Part shown: positions 23,903 through 37,895 of the stretch, piece after piece
How the letters are laid out: each line of letters starts with the position of its first letter
How positions within the stretch are numbered: the first letter of the stretch is position 1
Assembly (NCBI GenBank): GCA_001949185.1
Contig: BDGG01000016.1
Coordinates: forward strand, 827,759 to 891,758
Reading direction: 5' to 3'
DNA from: Ramazzottius varieornatus
Taxonomy: Eukaryota > Animalia > Tardigrada
DNA length: 64,000 bases
Program-made: the position numbers and the translations under genes
The notes under the pieces: model-generated
What the model was told of the DNA's origin: nothing
The model's input: only the letters and a program-made list of their open reading frames with translations
Databases searched by the model: none

Positions 23903-26900
23903 TCAAAGGTGGGAAGCCGTGCTGGCTGTTTCGCGGGTATTCTTCAAGCCATTCTGTGCAAACTCGCGGGAATAGGCGTACGAGTAGGAGTAACTGCGGG
24001 GTGCTTCATAGTCATCCCTCAAGCGGGTGGAGGAGACAACACGGCTTTGGTCTGAGGTGAGGGTACTACGGGCCATCAAGCGTTCCTCGTCGTCCTCTTC
24101 GGACGTCAAGGCTAGGTTAGCTATACCTTCTCGCTGGTGGGTGGCGCTGGAGGCCATCCGCCGCGCTGCTGTTGTGTTGTTGGAATGGGAGTAGTTGGCC
24201 GAAGCGTTGATGGCCCCGTCCGGGTTGTCGTAGATGGGGTTGGTGGACTGATAGGTGGCCTCGCGCTGGTTGGTGTAGCGCGACTCGGAGCGTGAGGCCG
24301 CCACATTGGCTTGCCGCTGCCGCTCTTCCTGGTTCTTGATGTACGTCACGCTGTCGATACCCGCCCGAGGAGTGAAACCAACGTTGACTTCCCCGAGATC
24401 AGCGTTGTCGTCTTCGTTCACGTTCATTTGCAAAATCTGAAAGTGTGCGAAAAACATGCAGAAAATGGCTCGAGACGCGCTTCTTCCAATTGCTGCGATA
24501 TCGATGCCAATTGAGAGTAGATAATGTGGAAGTAGTTAGATAAAGAACTACTCATATTATAAAACCTACTCCTTTTTGGAAACATCTTTCAAATTTTTCG
24601 TTTAAAAATTTTCAAGGGACAAACATTCAAATCACCAAAGGATATTGCTATCATCTATCGATATAATAAACACGCATGCCGATACGAGCACCATTACCGA
24701 TGCGAGAAGAGACGGTAATTTTCTACGTCTAATGCATCGTTTTACCTGAGTTTCGTATTCGGGAGGAACAGGCTCGAACATGACCGGTTCCATACGGGGT
24801 TGGATGTACCTCTGTCGTTTGAGATGTTCTTGGTACCTGTGATATCAGTTGCAGCATGGGAAATTGTTTAGTACGAAAGTGTGCTTGCTGGTAGATGGAC
24901 ACCTACCTGGCCCAGAGGTAGCACAGTACGATGATAGCGATGATGCCGAAGAGGATGATAAGGGCCGCCAGTGCAATGAGGCCGGCTTCGAAGCCCCATA
25001 CCGACCACGTCTTGTACACCAGAGGCTGAACCAAACCAGGGAGGATGTAGGGTGCGCGGAACTCCACTGCGCGATCGGTACCGATTAGGATAGTCTGAAT
25101 TTCGGAAAGACGACGGTCCTGGATCTCCCTCGACAACAAAATGCTAAAATCAGCCAGAACCATCCATCAACAACCGGCCGACAGCTTTTGTCAAGTGGGG
25201 TGCAACACTTACGATTGAAGGTCCAAGAAAGTCATGATTCGCCTCGTGTCCGGATCGATGGCGTACATCCACATGTCAGTACTGCAAGGACAAGTATCAG
25301 TAAAATACAGCGTAGAAAAGAGGCATAGACTGAACATTGTCGAAAAAGAAGGCAAACTTACGATGCAAAATCCGGGCGAGTTCGGTTCCCGTCAAGAATG
25401 TCGCGATGTGTGATTTTTTCCACACCGATGATTTTGCCGGTATTTTGCTGGATGATCTTGACAATGGCGTTGGCATAGGCATCACGTGTCTTGGCTGCGT
25501 CGGTGCCTTCAAGCACCAGGATGAAACGATTCTGGTCCCTGATCAAGTTGATCTGTCAAACAGGTTGAAGACCACAAGTTATGTTCTGTGGCGAGTAAGG
25601 GTTCATATGCAAAACGAGGACGATTACAATGACGGTGGCGGCCGCCGCTTTGAACGTAGGCTGGTTGGGCGAGTCGCGAGCTTGGACGGTGAATTCGTAG
25701 GGCTCGTTGTCCGGTGTGGAATCGATGAAGGTGACGCGAGTGCTGACCAGGCCGCTTTCGTCATTGATCTCGAAACGTTGAGCAGGGACACTGGGAATCA
25801 TGGTGTATCGAATGATACCGAATTCGCCCTTGTCCGCGTCCGTGGCCTGCAGTAGAGAGTTCTATTGGGAGAAAGTCAGAAGGAAAGGCTACTGCCTGGA
25901 TTTTGAGCTTGACACCAACCGAAACTTTGAGGACTGGTGTGCCGACGTTGGAGTTTACATCGATAGCGCCAAAGTATCTTCCGCCAGTTAAGCCCGGATA
26001 GGCAAAGATGAATTGCGGAGCGTTGTCATTCATGTTGACGACCGAAACCACCACTCGTGTGTCAACTAAAAAGAGGTAAACATCGAATTAAGCTTTTGTT
26101 TGTTATTATCGAAAGACAGGTCGCACGACTGTGTAAGTTCGTCTGGGTACAGTGCAGGCAGAACAACAACAAGGACATTTTTCTACATTACGTCCTCGCG
26201 CAATGAGGTGATCTCAATATTATCGAAAGAGTTTTTGCGGGACTTTAATTCTAGTTCGGCTGGTACGTACTTCGGAAGTTTGGTTCGTTGGCCGTGGCGC
26301 CGGTCGCTTGCACCACAATTTCGTGCTCGTTCCGCGTCTCAAAGTCAATGGGACCACCAGCTGTTTTGACTTCGCAATCTTGGCTCGATGTCGGACCGGT
26401 AGCGAAGGCGTTATCGGTGTTGCCCGAGACGATCTCACAACGCAGATTCTGGATGCCGCTCGGCGGCTTGTTGATGATGCGAAGCTCTTCCACCAGCGTG
26501 TTTAAATTCGAACCTTCCCTTATCTTCACCCTACAAAATACACCTGATTAGGTCTTGCCATGTAGACACCAAAAGGAGCGTCGGCAAATGGTATCACCCA
26601 GTTCGTTATTCCCAGCGGCGCACGTTCACACTATTCTTGGTAGAAGGTGCGCGCCACTTGGGAGAAACAATCTGGATAACTTCATTTGCTGAAGTTCCAA
26701 AGAGTACTTACTGGTACTGTGGAAGGGCGAACTGGACCGGCGGCGTTTCAGCATCGATCAGTGGAGCCGAAGGCTGACCGGCGTCGATGACGTTGACGAT
26801 GACGGTCGACGTGGCAGTCTGAGGAGGGTTGCCAGAGTCCCTGGCTGTGACGATCAGGTTGTAGACGACATCGGTGTCGCGAGTGAGGTCTCCCGAAACC

Positions 26901-29900
26901 CGAATCTCCCCCGTGTTGGGATCCACTTGGAAGAACTGCTGAGCTTTAGCGTCACCTTCGATAGCGTAGGTTATCTTACTCGTCTGCAAAAAATACGCGC
27001 CATAATAGCTTTTTCGTTTCGTCAGATGAAATATTGCAGACAATATCCAAGCGGAACTTGCGGATATTTACCGTGTCGCCATCACGAGCCAAGATTGTCT
27101 GAATGACGGTGTTGAGTGGTGCCTGTCGACCAATGCTGGCCACGTAGGGTCCTCCGACGAACCGTGGTCCCACATCGTTTTCGTTCTATGTTAGAAACAG
27201 GTTAGAGCGACACTTTGACAACGGTTTATTGATAAGGAAGTTGAGTGCTTTACCAGGACGTTGATGTAGACAGTGGCAGAGCTGGATGGGGAGCTCTTCT
27301 GGTTCTGATTGGTGCCCACGATGAGTTGGTAGCGGTTGGTGGTTTCGTAGTCCAGCGGGATCCTGGTGGTAATGATACCGGACTGCGGGTCGATGGCGAA
27401 AGCGTTGGTGTCGCCCTTCAGGATGACGTATGAGATCTGCTTTCTGGTGTCTGGATCGGTGGCCGAGACTTGCACAACTTCTAAACCAGCTGGACGGTTC
27501 TCGTAGACTTCGGCGTAGTAAATCCTGTCGATAAACTGCAAAGAAAAGAAGAACGGATATAACTATCAGGAAAAACTAAGACAACTCGGAATATGCAGAA
27601 TTCTCATCTGTCAATCCTCTTCTGACTTGATCACAAAATAATCGTACAAAATAACCCGATTATGAACATATGTTCTTGACGATAACACGGCGCCAATAGG
27701 CTTGCCAGATAAAATTGGCTCTAGTTAATATTCCGTAAAAAGCTCAACTTTCTCCCTCCATTGAGGATTGGAAATTTTGTCAAAGATTTGGAAGAAAGAA
27801 GAGATATATATCTGACGTACGGTTGGGTCTTCGTCTTCGGTATCGATGACGTTGATAGTGACGACCGCGGTAGCCGAACGCGGACTGGGGATGACAATGC
27901 CGCGGTCCGAGCTGTAGGAAAAGCCATTGTCTCTGGCCGTCACAATCAGCGTGTGTTGCTGTTGTCTCTCAAAGTCCAGCGGTACCACCACCGTGATTTC
28001 ACCCGTCTTTTCGTTGATACGGAACAGGCTGCATAGAAAAGACAATGAATGATTAATCACGTCCGGAAGTGGTCAAGTTAGACATGCCTGTGGCAGGAAA
28101 AAAAGAGTGATGAGAGTGTCAAGAGAGCAACGTACGGATTTGGTGGTATGGAGTAGGTGATGTCGCCATTAGGACCGGTATCCTTGTCCGTGGCCGACAC
28201 GATGCCCACGCGAAGAGGGGCCTGATTTTCCGGTACACTAAAGACTATTGGAGGCCGCGGACTGACGAATTCAGGGTCGTTGTCTGTAACAGATATAAGC
28301 AACACCGATTAACGGATGATCCTTGGCTAATGGTATTTAATCTGATAGGTACCGTTGATGTCGTTGATCAGAATGGACACTGTTGTGGTCGCCATCTGAA
28401 ACCAAGGCATAATTAGGCTTGGATTTTCGTGAACCCATTTTCCGCCTTGTTTTGAATAATATTAATCAATCAAGCAAAGTTATATTATTTCTAATCCAAA
28501 ATTCGAATATTTCATTGTATTCTTTCTTCATTTGAAATTGGTCTTACGGCATTGGAAGGGTCTCGAGCTTGAATGATCAGCGTGTAGCTTCTTCGTTCTT
28601 CATAGTCGATGGCAGCGATAGTGTGAATGCTACCGGTGTTGGCGTCAATGGCGAAGCGAGCTTCCTCGTTACCACCAATGATACTGTACAGCAGAGGCTG
28701 GTTGTCTGGGTCGCGAGCCTAGAACGACCATTTGGGACGTTAATGGGTCAAATTACTAGAAACATTTTGGAGTTGGATTCTTGACGTACGGTGACGACAA
28801 TGACCGGGTAATGAAGCGGAACTCCTTCGGGGATAGAGGCCACATAGGAGGGGTTGACAAAGACCGGCGCTTCGTTCCGGCCGTCATCGACAACTTTCAC
28901 CCTGATGATCCCTTCGTCGAACCTGTGAGAAAGACTGACACGATGAACGAACTGCTCTGTACACACCATCATGGGCTGTGAGGTGTAAAAGGGGGTACAG
29001 ACGTACTTTCCACCGCCATCCGTTGCCCGCACTTTGATCTCATACAGTTCGCCTTTGTAGACTGTTCCGCGTTGGAGAATGACGCCCGTGTCGACGTTAA
29101 TGACAAAGATGCCGCGCGCATCGGCTGGTGTGGGATTGTTGGTGGACACGGCCAAGCGCTGGACGTACACAATGGCGTAGGTGAGCTGCCCATCTTTGCC
29201 TTGATCCTCGTCGATTGCGTTGACCTGCAGAGAAACAACCATCATGCAAACATGATCATTTACGCACAGGAACCACGTTGAAAGCAGAACACAGCCACAA
29301 ATCCAACCAGCTTCTGACGCTTTCATCGCGCCACGCCGAGACTTTCACATTACAAGCGGATATTTACTTGCAGACCGGGTGCAACACAACATGGCGGACA
29401 CGTGCACGTTTTCACATGCTACGTTTCAACGTGACGGAAGCGTGTTTCGGCTGGGTAATCTTACAGTGACAACGGGACGGCCATCAGGCGGACCAGCGCG
29501 CAGCTCCACCGGGTTGTACTGTTGTAGTCGGGGCGTATGCTCGTTGACTTTGGCAATCACCACGGTAATGTCCAATGGGTCGCTGGTTAAGACCTCGGTG
29601 GTGTCTTGTTCGGTGCAGGTTACGCTAATCTTGATGTTTTCGCGGTTGGTCACCTGCGAGGCGAAACCGGGACGAATGCACTGGATATAACCTTCAGGCG
29701 TGACTTGGAAGTAGTTTCCGTACACTCCGCCGATCGAGTAGGTGAATCTTCCTGGTCCGCCCTAAAACAACTCCAAACCATGATCATCCATTTTTCTAAC
29801 TGTACTCACTCAGTGAATTCAAGCAAACCGTTTTCTGAAGTGACGCACGCTTTCAGCTAATAAGAGTAAAATTGTGCGCCAATTGGAAAACCAAGAAAAC

Positions 29901-32472
29901 CCGACCAGATAGTTTTCAGGGTGGCGCACATTCTCGGCCAATAATGTTCAAAACGTGCGCTACTTGAGGTGACGATAGGGGTGAACTCGTGAAATTGTTT
30001 GCGACGTAGGTTTTTACCGTAACATCTGCGTCGTAAGCGTTGAGTTGGTACGGTGTTTGACTGTTGGCGGAGATGGTCGCTCGGAACCCAACCGGTGCAT
30101 TTTCCGGGATGTAGCAGATGGTGGAAGGCGCTCGAATGATGGGTCGATGCGAGTTCTGCGTTCTGACGTTCACCTGCAGTTGCGCGACGGAAGAACGAGC
30201 TAGTCCGCCAGGCGGCGCGACTTCCTCTGCCTATCAAAGAGAAGAAAACCAATGATTGACTATGTCGAGAGAAGAACAGCAACAATGGCGTCATGAGGCG
30301 TACTAGCGAGCGAGGTTTGACGGGCACATGTCAAACCTCGTCCGTATAGCACAGAGAGAAATGAAAGGTTTCTGGTTGAGCAAGATGGAGAAGGTTATTA
30401 TGGGGATGGTAGAGGGACAACTGGTCAGCGCACAAGTCAAGTTATGATCTAATTAAGAGCTTTGCCATGTTGACACAATTCCGACACTGAGGAGCTTGAT
30501 CGGTTAGGGCAACATGGCCCAACGCGCGTTCCAGCAGACACATGTCTGCGATGATCTTACGACATACCTTGACGTAAATGGTATATTCTTTGACGTCCAG
30601 CTGCTCCATCGGCCGAATTTGGCGAATTTCACCGGTTTCGGGGTTGATGCGGAAATACGAGGCGAAAGACGCCGGCTGACCTACAACACACGAACAGTTC
30701 ACCCTATCTTGCATAAGACGAAAATCCAACATACTAAAAAACTTCTAGCATAGCTCGAAAGTAGACTGCAAGAAATTTTCGTTAACCAGCATAATCTTCG
30801 CGGACTGAAACCCATACAAAGGTATTTTGAAGGGAGGAATATGGAGAGATCAACAGAAGGAATGGAACAAGCCACATTGGTCGATTTTCTACAAGTTGTT
30901 CTCCCTTCCGCTGGCACGAAATCTCAAGATATATTTTAATTTTATTTCGTTTGTGATCCTAAGGCACATTTTTCCGACATGGAAGAAGTACGTACTTTCA
31001 GGGAGAAGGCTATAACGGATGGGATAGCGTAGCGTGTCGCGATCGTAGGCGCGGATGGGTTCGGGTAAGACTTTGAGCGTTCCCCCAGCTTGCCGCAGGT
31101 AGCAAGTGGCGGTGTAGCGGGGATTAATGCAGACGTTACTAATCCTCTGGCAGCCAGCATACTCAAAGGCCGGATCCAGATCGTTGGAGTCTTGAATTCT
31201 GACCGTCACTACGAATTCGTCCGTGTTGACACCGTCCGTGGCCCGGATCTTGACGTGATATTCCTGTTGCCGCTCGAAATCCAGTGGGCGACGCACAGCG
31301 ATCCAGCCTTGCAGGGGATCCGTCACCACGAAGTACTCCTTCACATCCTCATTCTACAAGCGAAAAGCATATTTTCAATGCGAACAAAAACTTCCCCCCA
31401 ATTTCGCCTGCTAGTAAATCCCGTTACCCGAACGTGTAATATTCTTATTTTCCGCTGAATTTTTCTATTGTATCTTACCACAATACTATACGTGTATCCA
31501 GTCCGGCCAAATTCCCTCGGGTTCGCCTGATAGATTGTCGTTCCGACTGGAGTCAGCTGAAAATGGATAAAAATGCGAGCAATCAGTCCAAGCGGAACTT
31601 TGCTGCGAAAATTTCATCGAGTGACAGCTCGGCATGCAAACTCAATCAAACCATTTTACCAAGTGGCGCACGCCAATAGCACTGAGAACGTGAGCTACTT
31701 GGCGAAACGATTCAGCCGAGTTTGTTCGCCGATCTCCCAAATTTGGATAATGCGACATTGCGAATTGCTTCAACGAAACTTACCTCGGATATTGTGACGA
31801 CCCTGGGCATGATAATCTGTTGAAGAAGTTGGACGATTCTGACATGGACGGTAATGTACGTCTGGAAGGAAGAGGAGAGTGTTTGGCTGAGTTTTCTGAT
31901 TGTGAAAGATTTGGTGGGAGCTTTTGTGGACGTTATTGTTTACCGGTATTGTGGGTATGAGTCTTCGCCTCGTGCATTTGAGCCTGAGGGTGATGTGTTC
32001 AGGTAGTTGGTGTTGTTCCGTCAAGCTGCGTGTAAGGAGTAATTGTTTCCCATTGACCATGAACCAGTCGGAGAATGGGCCATCTTTCATCACAGATAAA
32101 TCAATCTCGTCCGGACTACCGATAATATTGTTTAAGAAAACGGTAACGGTGCTGGAATCGGAGTTTGGTTGTGTCTGCACGTCAGCCGTAAGATGTGTTG
32201 CTCCATTGCGTACTGTACATACTGTACGGAAAACCCAGAAGAGAAACCATTACACGTCAAATGTGAAAGTGAACCAATAACCTATTACGAGGGATAAGTG
32301 ATCATGTCAAGCGCCTTCCCCAAAATAAAATCTTACGTTGAGCGTTGGTCAAAGAAGAACAACCGGTGAGCAAATAGGCAGTCAACAGAAACAGCCAGGG
32401 CGACGAGGATATCGATGACGACCTAAAGTCTAAGAGGGAACGCCGCCTTGTGAAACACCCAACCACATCCAT
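23903..32472 (-). CDS. Cad99C: Cadherin 99C / protocadherin-15-like
   Basis: Signal-peptide exon (32472-~32336), many cadherin repeats (LDFE, LDYE, DxNDNxP, AxDxD), the DLDPAFEYAGC..CINPRYTA insert, a membrane-adjacent domain (RFILVL..GKIIGVEK), a TM segment (GLIALAALIILFGIIAIIVLCYLW), cytoplasmic EYETQ and a C-terminal class I PDZ-type motif -SHL. Confidence 0.85.
26574..26700. repeat. Fold-back family A copy (cadherin intron 26531-26711)
   Basis: gtcggcaaatg..cagcggcgcac-N25-gcgcgccacttggg..catttgctga. Confidence 0.85.
29811..30007. repeat. Fold-back family A, dimeric copy (cadherin intron 29762-30017)
   Basis: Two cores 81 bp apart, both with 25-bp spacers. Confidence 0.8.
31620..31740. 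repeat. Fold-back family A copy with shortened spacer (cadherin intron)
   Basis: caagtggcgcac-N18-gtgagctacttgg..gccgatctcccaa. Confidence 0.75.
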
Positions 32473-34888
32473 TCGAACACTGAAAGCGTCCCTTTTACTA
32501 GGAGGACGCTTTCCCGCTGCCTTCACTGTTCTTCCTTGCGAAAGCGTTTTTTCAGTCCACAAGATATTCAAGAAGAACCCGATCGAATCGATCGACCTGC
32601 AATAAAAATTCGAATTCAGTTGAAAATAATCCTGAGTTTAACTGTCGATTGAAATGCAATATTTTGGTGGGAACAACGCTTAATTTTTCTGCTGTGGGTT
32701 GAATCAAGAGAAGAAAGCAATCAACAGCTGGGCATGACGTCTCCGTAATATTTTCCCACCACAATGACCGGCTTAGAAAGCGATCTTAGACCTTCAAAAA
32801 GTTTGACAAAGCCATGCGGGAGTGAACAAAGGACCAAAATATTAGAGTGCTTGGCCGGCAGAATTTGCGGATTAAAACCACACGCTGGCTTTTCAGAATT
32901 CTGTTCAAAACGAAACAAACGATTCTAGGGCATTCAAGTACATGTTTCACGATCCAGCAGCAGGTCGATTCTCCTGATAGCTACGACATAGTCCTAGCGA
33001 ACCACGATAATGGGCGATATTAGTCCACAAATATTCCATCATATTCCACACGAGTACATTCAACAATATTCCCGAATATTCGTCAACAAGTGTTCAAGAG
33101 GCGAGTAAATAAAATATGCGTAAGGTGAAGTATTCCCTCGATCGGCAGACGTGAGAAAAGCCTCGTCCTACGGAAAGGCAAGACGACGAGCGCGATCGCC
33201 GTCTTGCGTTACATCTTGAAGTGCCACAGCTGTCCTCAAGATCAGCGTCACAATGCGCGCGCTGGTCGGAGAAAGATGGACGAAGACGATGGAGAAAGAG
33301 AAAAAAATGAGTAATGCTTCGGACTCTGTGGCGAACCCTCACCCTCTGCACTCTTGCGTTGTGTAAGACTCGGCTATGCTAGAATATCAACAGGTAAGCA
33401 CCTTGGACGGTACGGTACCTCGTCGATCGCCTTCATAAGCGAGGAATATGTCCAGCCCATCAGACGAGCCAGCAGGTAAGTAAGACAGTGTATTAGTCGG
33501 ACGAGGAAAAGTGCGGGACAAGTGAGTGAGCGAGCGAGCTACCAACACCGTCCAATGTTTAGCTTGGACCAACAAGTCTTTCGGCATTAGGCTTTTCTTC
33601 CATATTAACGTGCAGCTCACAATCTCACCAGACCTAACTATATCATGACGCCTCAAGTGCTTACTAAATATTCACCGAAAAACTGGATGTGGAAGCTCAT
33701 TAGTAAGCCCATCAATCCGATCTACACTGATTCTGCAATGACCATAAAACCTCAGTCATCCTCCTCTCGTATGCTCGCTAAGCTACCTCGTACCCACATC
33801 AACTCATGCAAAAACAATCTACATTCTGCTGTCGAACCCAGGCATCACACCACGTGATGCTTGCGATTCAACATCTCGAACGTATCTTCGAAAGCACCGA
33901 ACTATACAGCAGGCCTTCAAGAAGTGAGGTTCGAACCTCTGCTGTTCCATTCGCAAGTCTGTGCTAATGTCCGCAGGAATCTGGACAAAGTGTGGCGCCC
34001 CCTTTTGAAGAACTTTTTGGCGCGCCAAAACTATTGTTCATCCTTAAGTTCAGCTTTCTCTGAGAGCTAATCTTCCAGGTAGGAATCGTTCACGGTTCTT
34101 ACATCAGGAAACTACAGATTAATGTTCCGTCGTGTGATACCTGACAAAGGCTGCAGCCGGTCTGTTGTTCGCAACATCATGCAGAGGAGAACTTGATATG
34201 AGTCAAAACGAAACAAGATCTAAATTATATTCCGCAGTATCGGCCTACAGCTCGATGATCGTATACTCATATCCCACGCTAAATCGCAAATACCCCAACC
34301 ACTTGTAGATCGCTTTCTCCGTCTATCAAATAGAAATTACTCAATCTGTTACGGCACAAGCACGCTGCACAGCCAGCCCACATCCTTCAAGTATCCGACA
34401 AATTCATCAAGCATTCCGAAAGTTAGGGAAACCACTGGAATACTGTAGAACGAACAGTGCAAACTGGGCGCTGTCTCAAGGTTTCCAATCGAACAAACGA
34501 ACGAGCGCGGAATTTTGGAACAAGGTTGCCGCTATCAAAGCACTCGTTGCTGACTTCCCAGCCGGAGAAGGATCACACTGTGTTACACCGTAGACAAATA
34601 AAATATTTCACGCCACAAGGTTAAATCATCATCTGATTAATAACTTGTCCAACTACCTAGCGATACAAATCCCCTATTGTTCAGACTATTAATAAATATA
34701 GCCAGCTTAACACCTCACATAGTCCTTCCTGTTGTAACTAGTCGGTAGATCCGTGGCGATCGCGCTCTTCCACGACATGCAACTTTCAAAATTTACTGAC
34801 CAAGCTGAAAAATTGAGAGCAAAATTCCAAGCCAAACCGAACACTTTTCATTGGAGAATCTAAAGCTCGAAAAGTTTCCTGGGAATAC

Positions 34889-35000
34889 TTTGAACGTGGG
34901 CAAACGAACTGAACCAGGTGGTTTTTCGAAGCGGCGCACAATTCCAGCCAATTGTAAAGACAATGTGCGCCACATGAAATAACGATTTGCCCACGTCTCG
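34889..35000. repeat. Fold-back family A copy
   Basis: aagcggcgcac-N25-gtgcgccacat. Confidence 0.75.
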
Positions 35001-35914
35001 TTTCAGGAATCTGCAAGAAGAACAACACTTTGCTACTGCCCGGGGGGTATGTTCTGAATCAATTTTGAAAAGGACGCAAAAGGTTCTACCTGATTACGGT
35101 AAGTTTCAATCAGAATCCAGATGAGTGCGGGTTATGTACAATAGCGCAAACTGGTTCTCTTCATCATCTCATACCAACATTTGCTCATCGCAAGATGATG
35201 ACATAAGACGCTATAATCCCATCAATACAACCACGCACCTTGTCCATCACAAACGGTACGTTTATACGGTCTATCACATCAAGATCTCCAAGATGATGAT
35301 GCGTCGATGATGCGATCAGTTACGGCGACGTTCCGCCTGGTTAGCTGTTGAGAGAACTTCTCGAGAACCCTTCACAAGTAGATATTACGGAAGAATTTTA
35401 AAACCTCGAAGAAATATTCCGCATCAAGAATTTACCTATGAGAAAATCCATAATGCACAGGTAGCTTAGCCTCAGTGAGAAAGCGGAGGTGCTGAGGCAG
35501 CGACTAGTAGCAATGCCAAGAGTCGGGTCAAAAGGATGAAAGACACAAGTCATGTTTTAATGTTTCAATGGAGAACCCGAAACAATCGACAGCTGCATCA
35601 AACGCCATCGCGCCAATATAAATGTGCCCCAACTAGTGGGCACATTTTTGCGCGCTACTGATCACCTTCCAAGAATGCCATCCAACACCGGCCAATGCAT
35701 CCTACCGCCATCCCACAACTGCTGGGCCGATGACATTCTTGGTAAAACAACAGCCCAAATCAAAACATCAAGTCAGAGCAAACGGTCAGTGTTTGATTCT
35801 CGTCACATTCCTTCTCGTTTCAGTTTCACGGGCACTGTGCCATCACACAAGACCAATGTTCACAAAAGCAACAGTCAAGACCCAAACCCTACGAACCCGC
35901 CGATAAAACCTAAC

Positions 35915-36050
35915 TGAGACATTGGCAGACGATATCATACAGTACCACTCAGTTCGTCATCTCAAGTGGCGCACGTTTACGAACTTACTAGCTGAGAGCA
36001 TGCGCCACTTGGGAAAACGATCCGGGTGACTTCGTTTGCCCACGTCTCAA
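35915..36050. repeat. Fold-back family A copy
   Basis: caagtggcgcac-N25-atgcgccacttgggaaaacgatccgggtga. Confidence 0.85.
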
Positions 36051-37069
36051 CTTCCGCCAACTAGTTCGTGCTCGAATCCTACTTCGAACCCGAATCATCT
36101 CAGTTTTAAAAACCTATCAAATACCATTCGGCAGTGAAACAGTTGCTTACCTGTACTTCAATCGATGGGTTGTCCAAGCCGACCGGACTGGAAGTCTTCT
36201 TATCCCAAGGAATTAAAACTGGGCTAGGTTGAAGAATGGCTGAAAACAAGAGTTCCAGGTATAAAACCGCCTCGGAGGAATAATAAACAGAAGACCAGAC
36301 TAGAGAAGAGAAAGATGGAAGTTGCTGAGGCCGGTCACGATGAGGTCTTCAGGGGCGACCGGAAGCAGATTACCCGACTTCTGATCTCGGAAATCCGAAA
36401 GACATACTGATCCTCTCGGAAGTCGTCTAATTGCCAGCCAAGTGTCACTTTTTACCTTGATCATTAATGAAGATGCGGAAAGATCAGGAGAAATCGGCAC
36501 GGTCAGCCATCCTTCCCCGGCTAACTCCGCCTTTGCTCTTATTCATGCCTGAATTGAAATGCATCATTCGCTACAGGTTACGAAGGTATTCACAGATCTT
36601 TTACATCACACAAAGCCCAAGTACCGCAGATCGAGGCATATTGCCATATATACAAAATAGCCATCTTACCAAATTGTTTGCCTACGATACCCTCGCGTTG
36701 CTGCGACATCCTCCTTCGTGCCCACATCTTCTCGTGTCAGTCTCGTGCCACCTTCACCCTTCCACTAGCCTCCGCCGTGAACCTCCGGTATCTACGCCAG
36801 TGTCTGCCAGGTCCTCAAATGTGCCCAGAATAAACAAACACGAACTCTATCTAAGTTTTGGCTCCAACACTGTGGGAATTCCTTTGGTTGAACGGCTGAA
36901 AAAACATAAAAAAGTAGTTCGAAAAATTGAAAATTAAAAATTAGTTCGATTTTCAGAAGCCTATTTCGAAATCAACAACCTTGATCTGTCGATACTCGAA
37001 CAGATACTGAAATCTATGAAACAACAGGAGAGAATGATTTACCGAGAGCAGCCAACTAGCATGGCGCAT

Positions 37070-37148
37070 GACGTCATATTCTGCAACGACGTCATATTCT
37101 GCAACGACGTCATATTCTGCAACGTCGTCATATTCTGGAGCGACGTCA
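37070..37148. repeat. 18-bp tandem repeat, ~4.4 units
   Basis: (gacgtcatattctgcaac)x3 plus degenerate units. Confidence 0.9.
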
Positions 37149-37802
37149 CGGATATTTCCAGGTTGAAAATGGGCTTTCTTACTTGGCTGAAGAATTTCAA
37201 GGCCATGTTTGCCTCTTTTCCTGAGAATGTAAGTCGCATTCTTGAGACCTGTAGGAAAAAAATTCGTGATGTAATGTTGTCCCTCACAAGTTTCAAGACG
37301 AACAGACAAGCGCCCACTTTGACAGGTGTCCATCTGTGGCCGGCAAGGGTTTCCACTCCACACTTACGTCGACAGTAGGCCCTTCTTGGCACCTGTAATC
37401 AAAGCGGAGAAATGACGCACTCGTAATCACCATTACCACTCTCTACTAACATACTGATGTGGTAATAATCAATCAGAGGAATTAATTTAGAACAAAGAAT
37501 GATCCGCACTACGATGGATCATCTCTCTAATCGAACGGATTATCCCGGCGATATGTCGTACTTCTTTGCCGCTTGATGAAACATCTGTAAAGAAACATTA
37601 CGTTACACGTCGGCTTGATCTACCTTGATCGACTAAGATTTGCATAACTCAGCACACTTACCAGATATCAACGAGAACCTATGCGTGGATCCATACAGGT
37701 GACGACGCGTGCCTGGTGAGATCCCATTCAAGCGAATAAAATATATTCTACCTTTCTTTCAGTTGTACCGTAATCTGCATCACGGATAATTGGATACCAA
37801 AG

Positions 37803-37895
37803 CTGGACGTGAACAAATCAATCGAATCAGCTGATCATTCAGGTGGCGCGCGTCTCTAGTGTTATATTAGGTGCAGAAGTATGATTTGTTGCTCC
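37803..37895. repeat. Fold-back family A, partial copy
   Basis: Left arm and core caggtggcgcgcgtctctagtgttat only. Confidence 0.45.
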
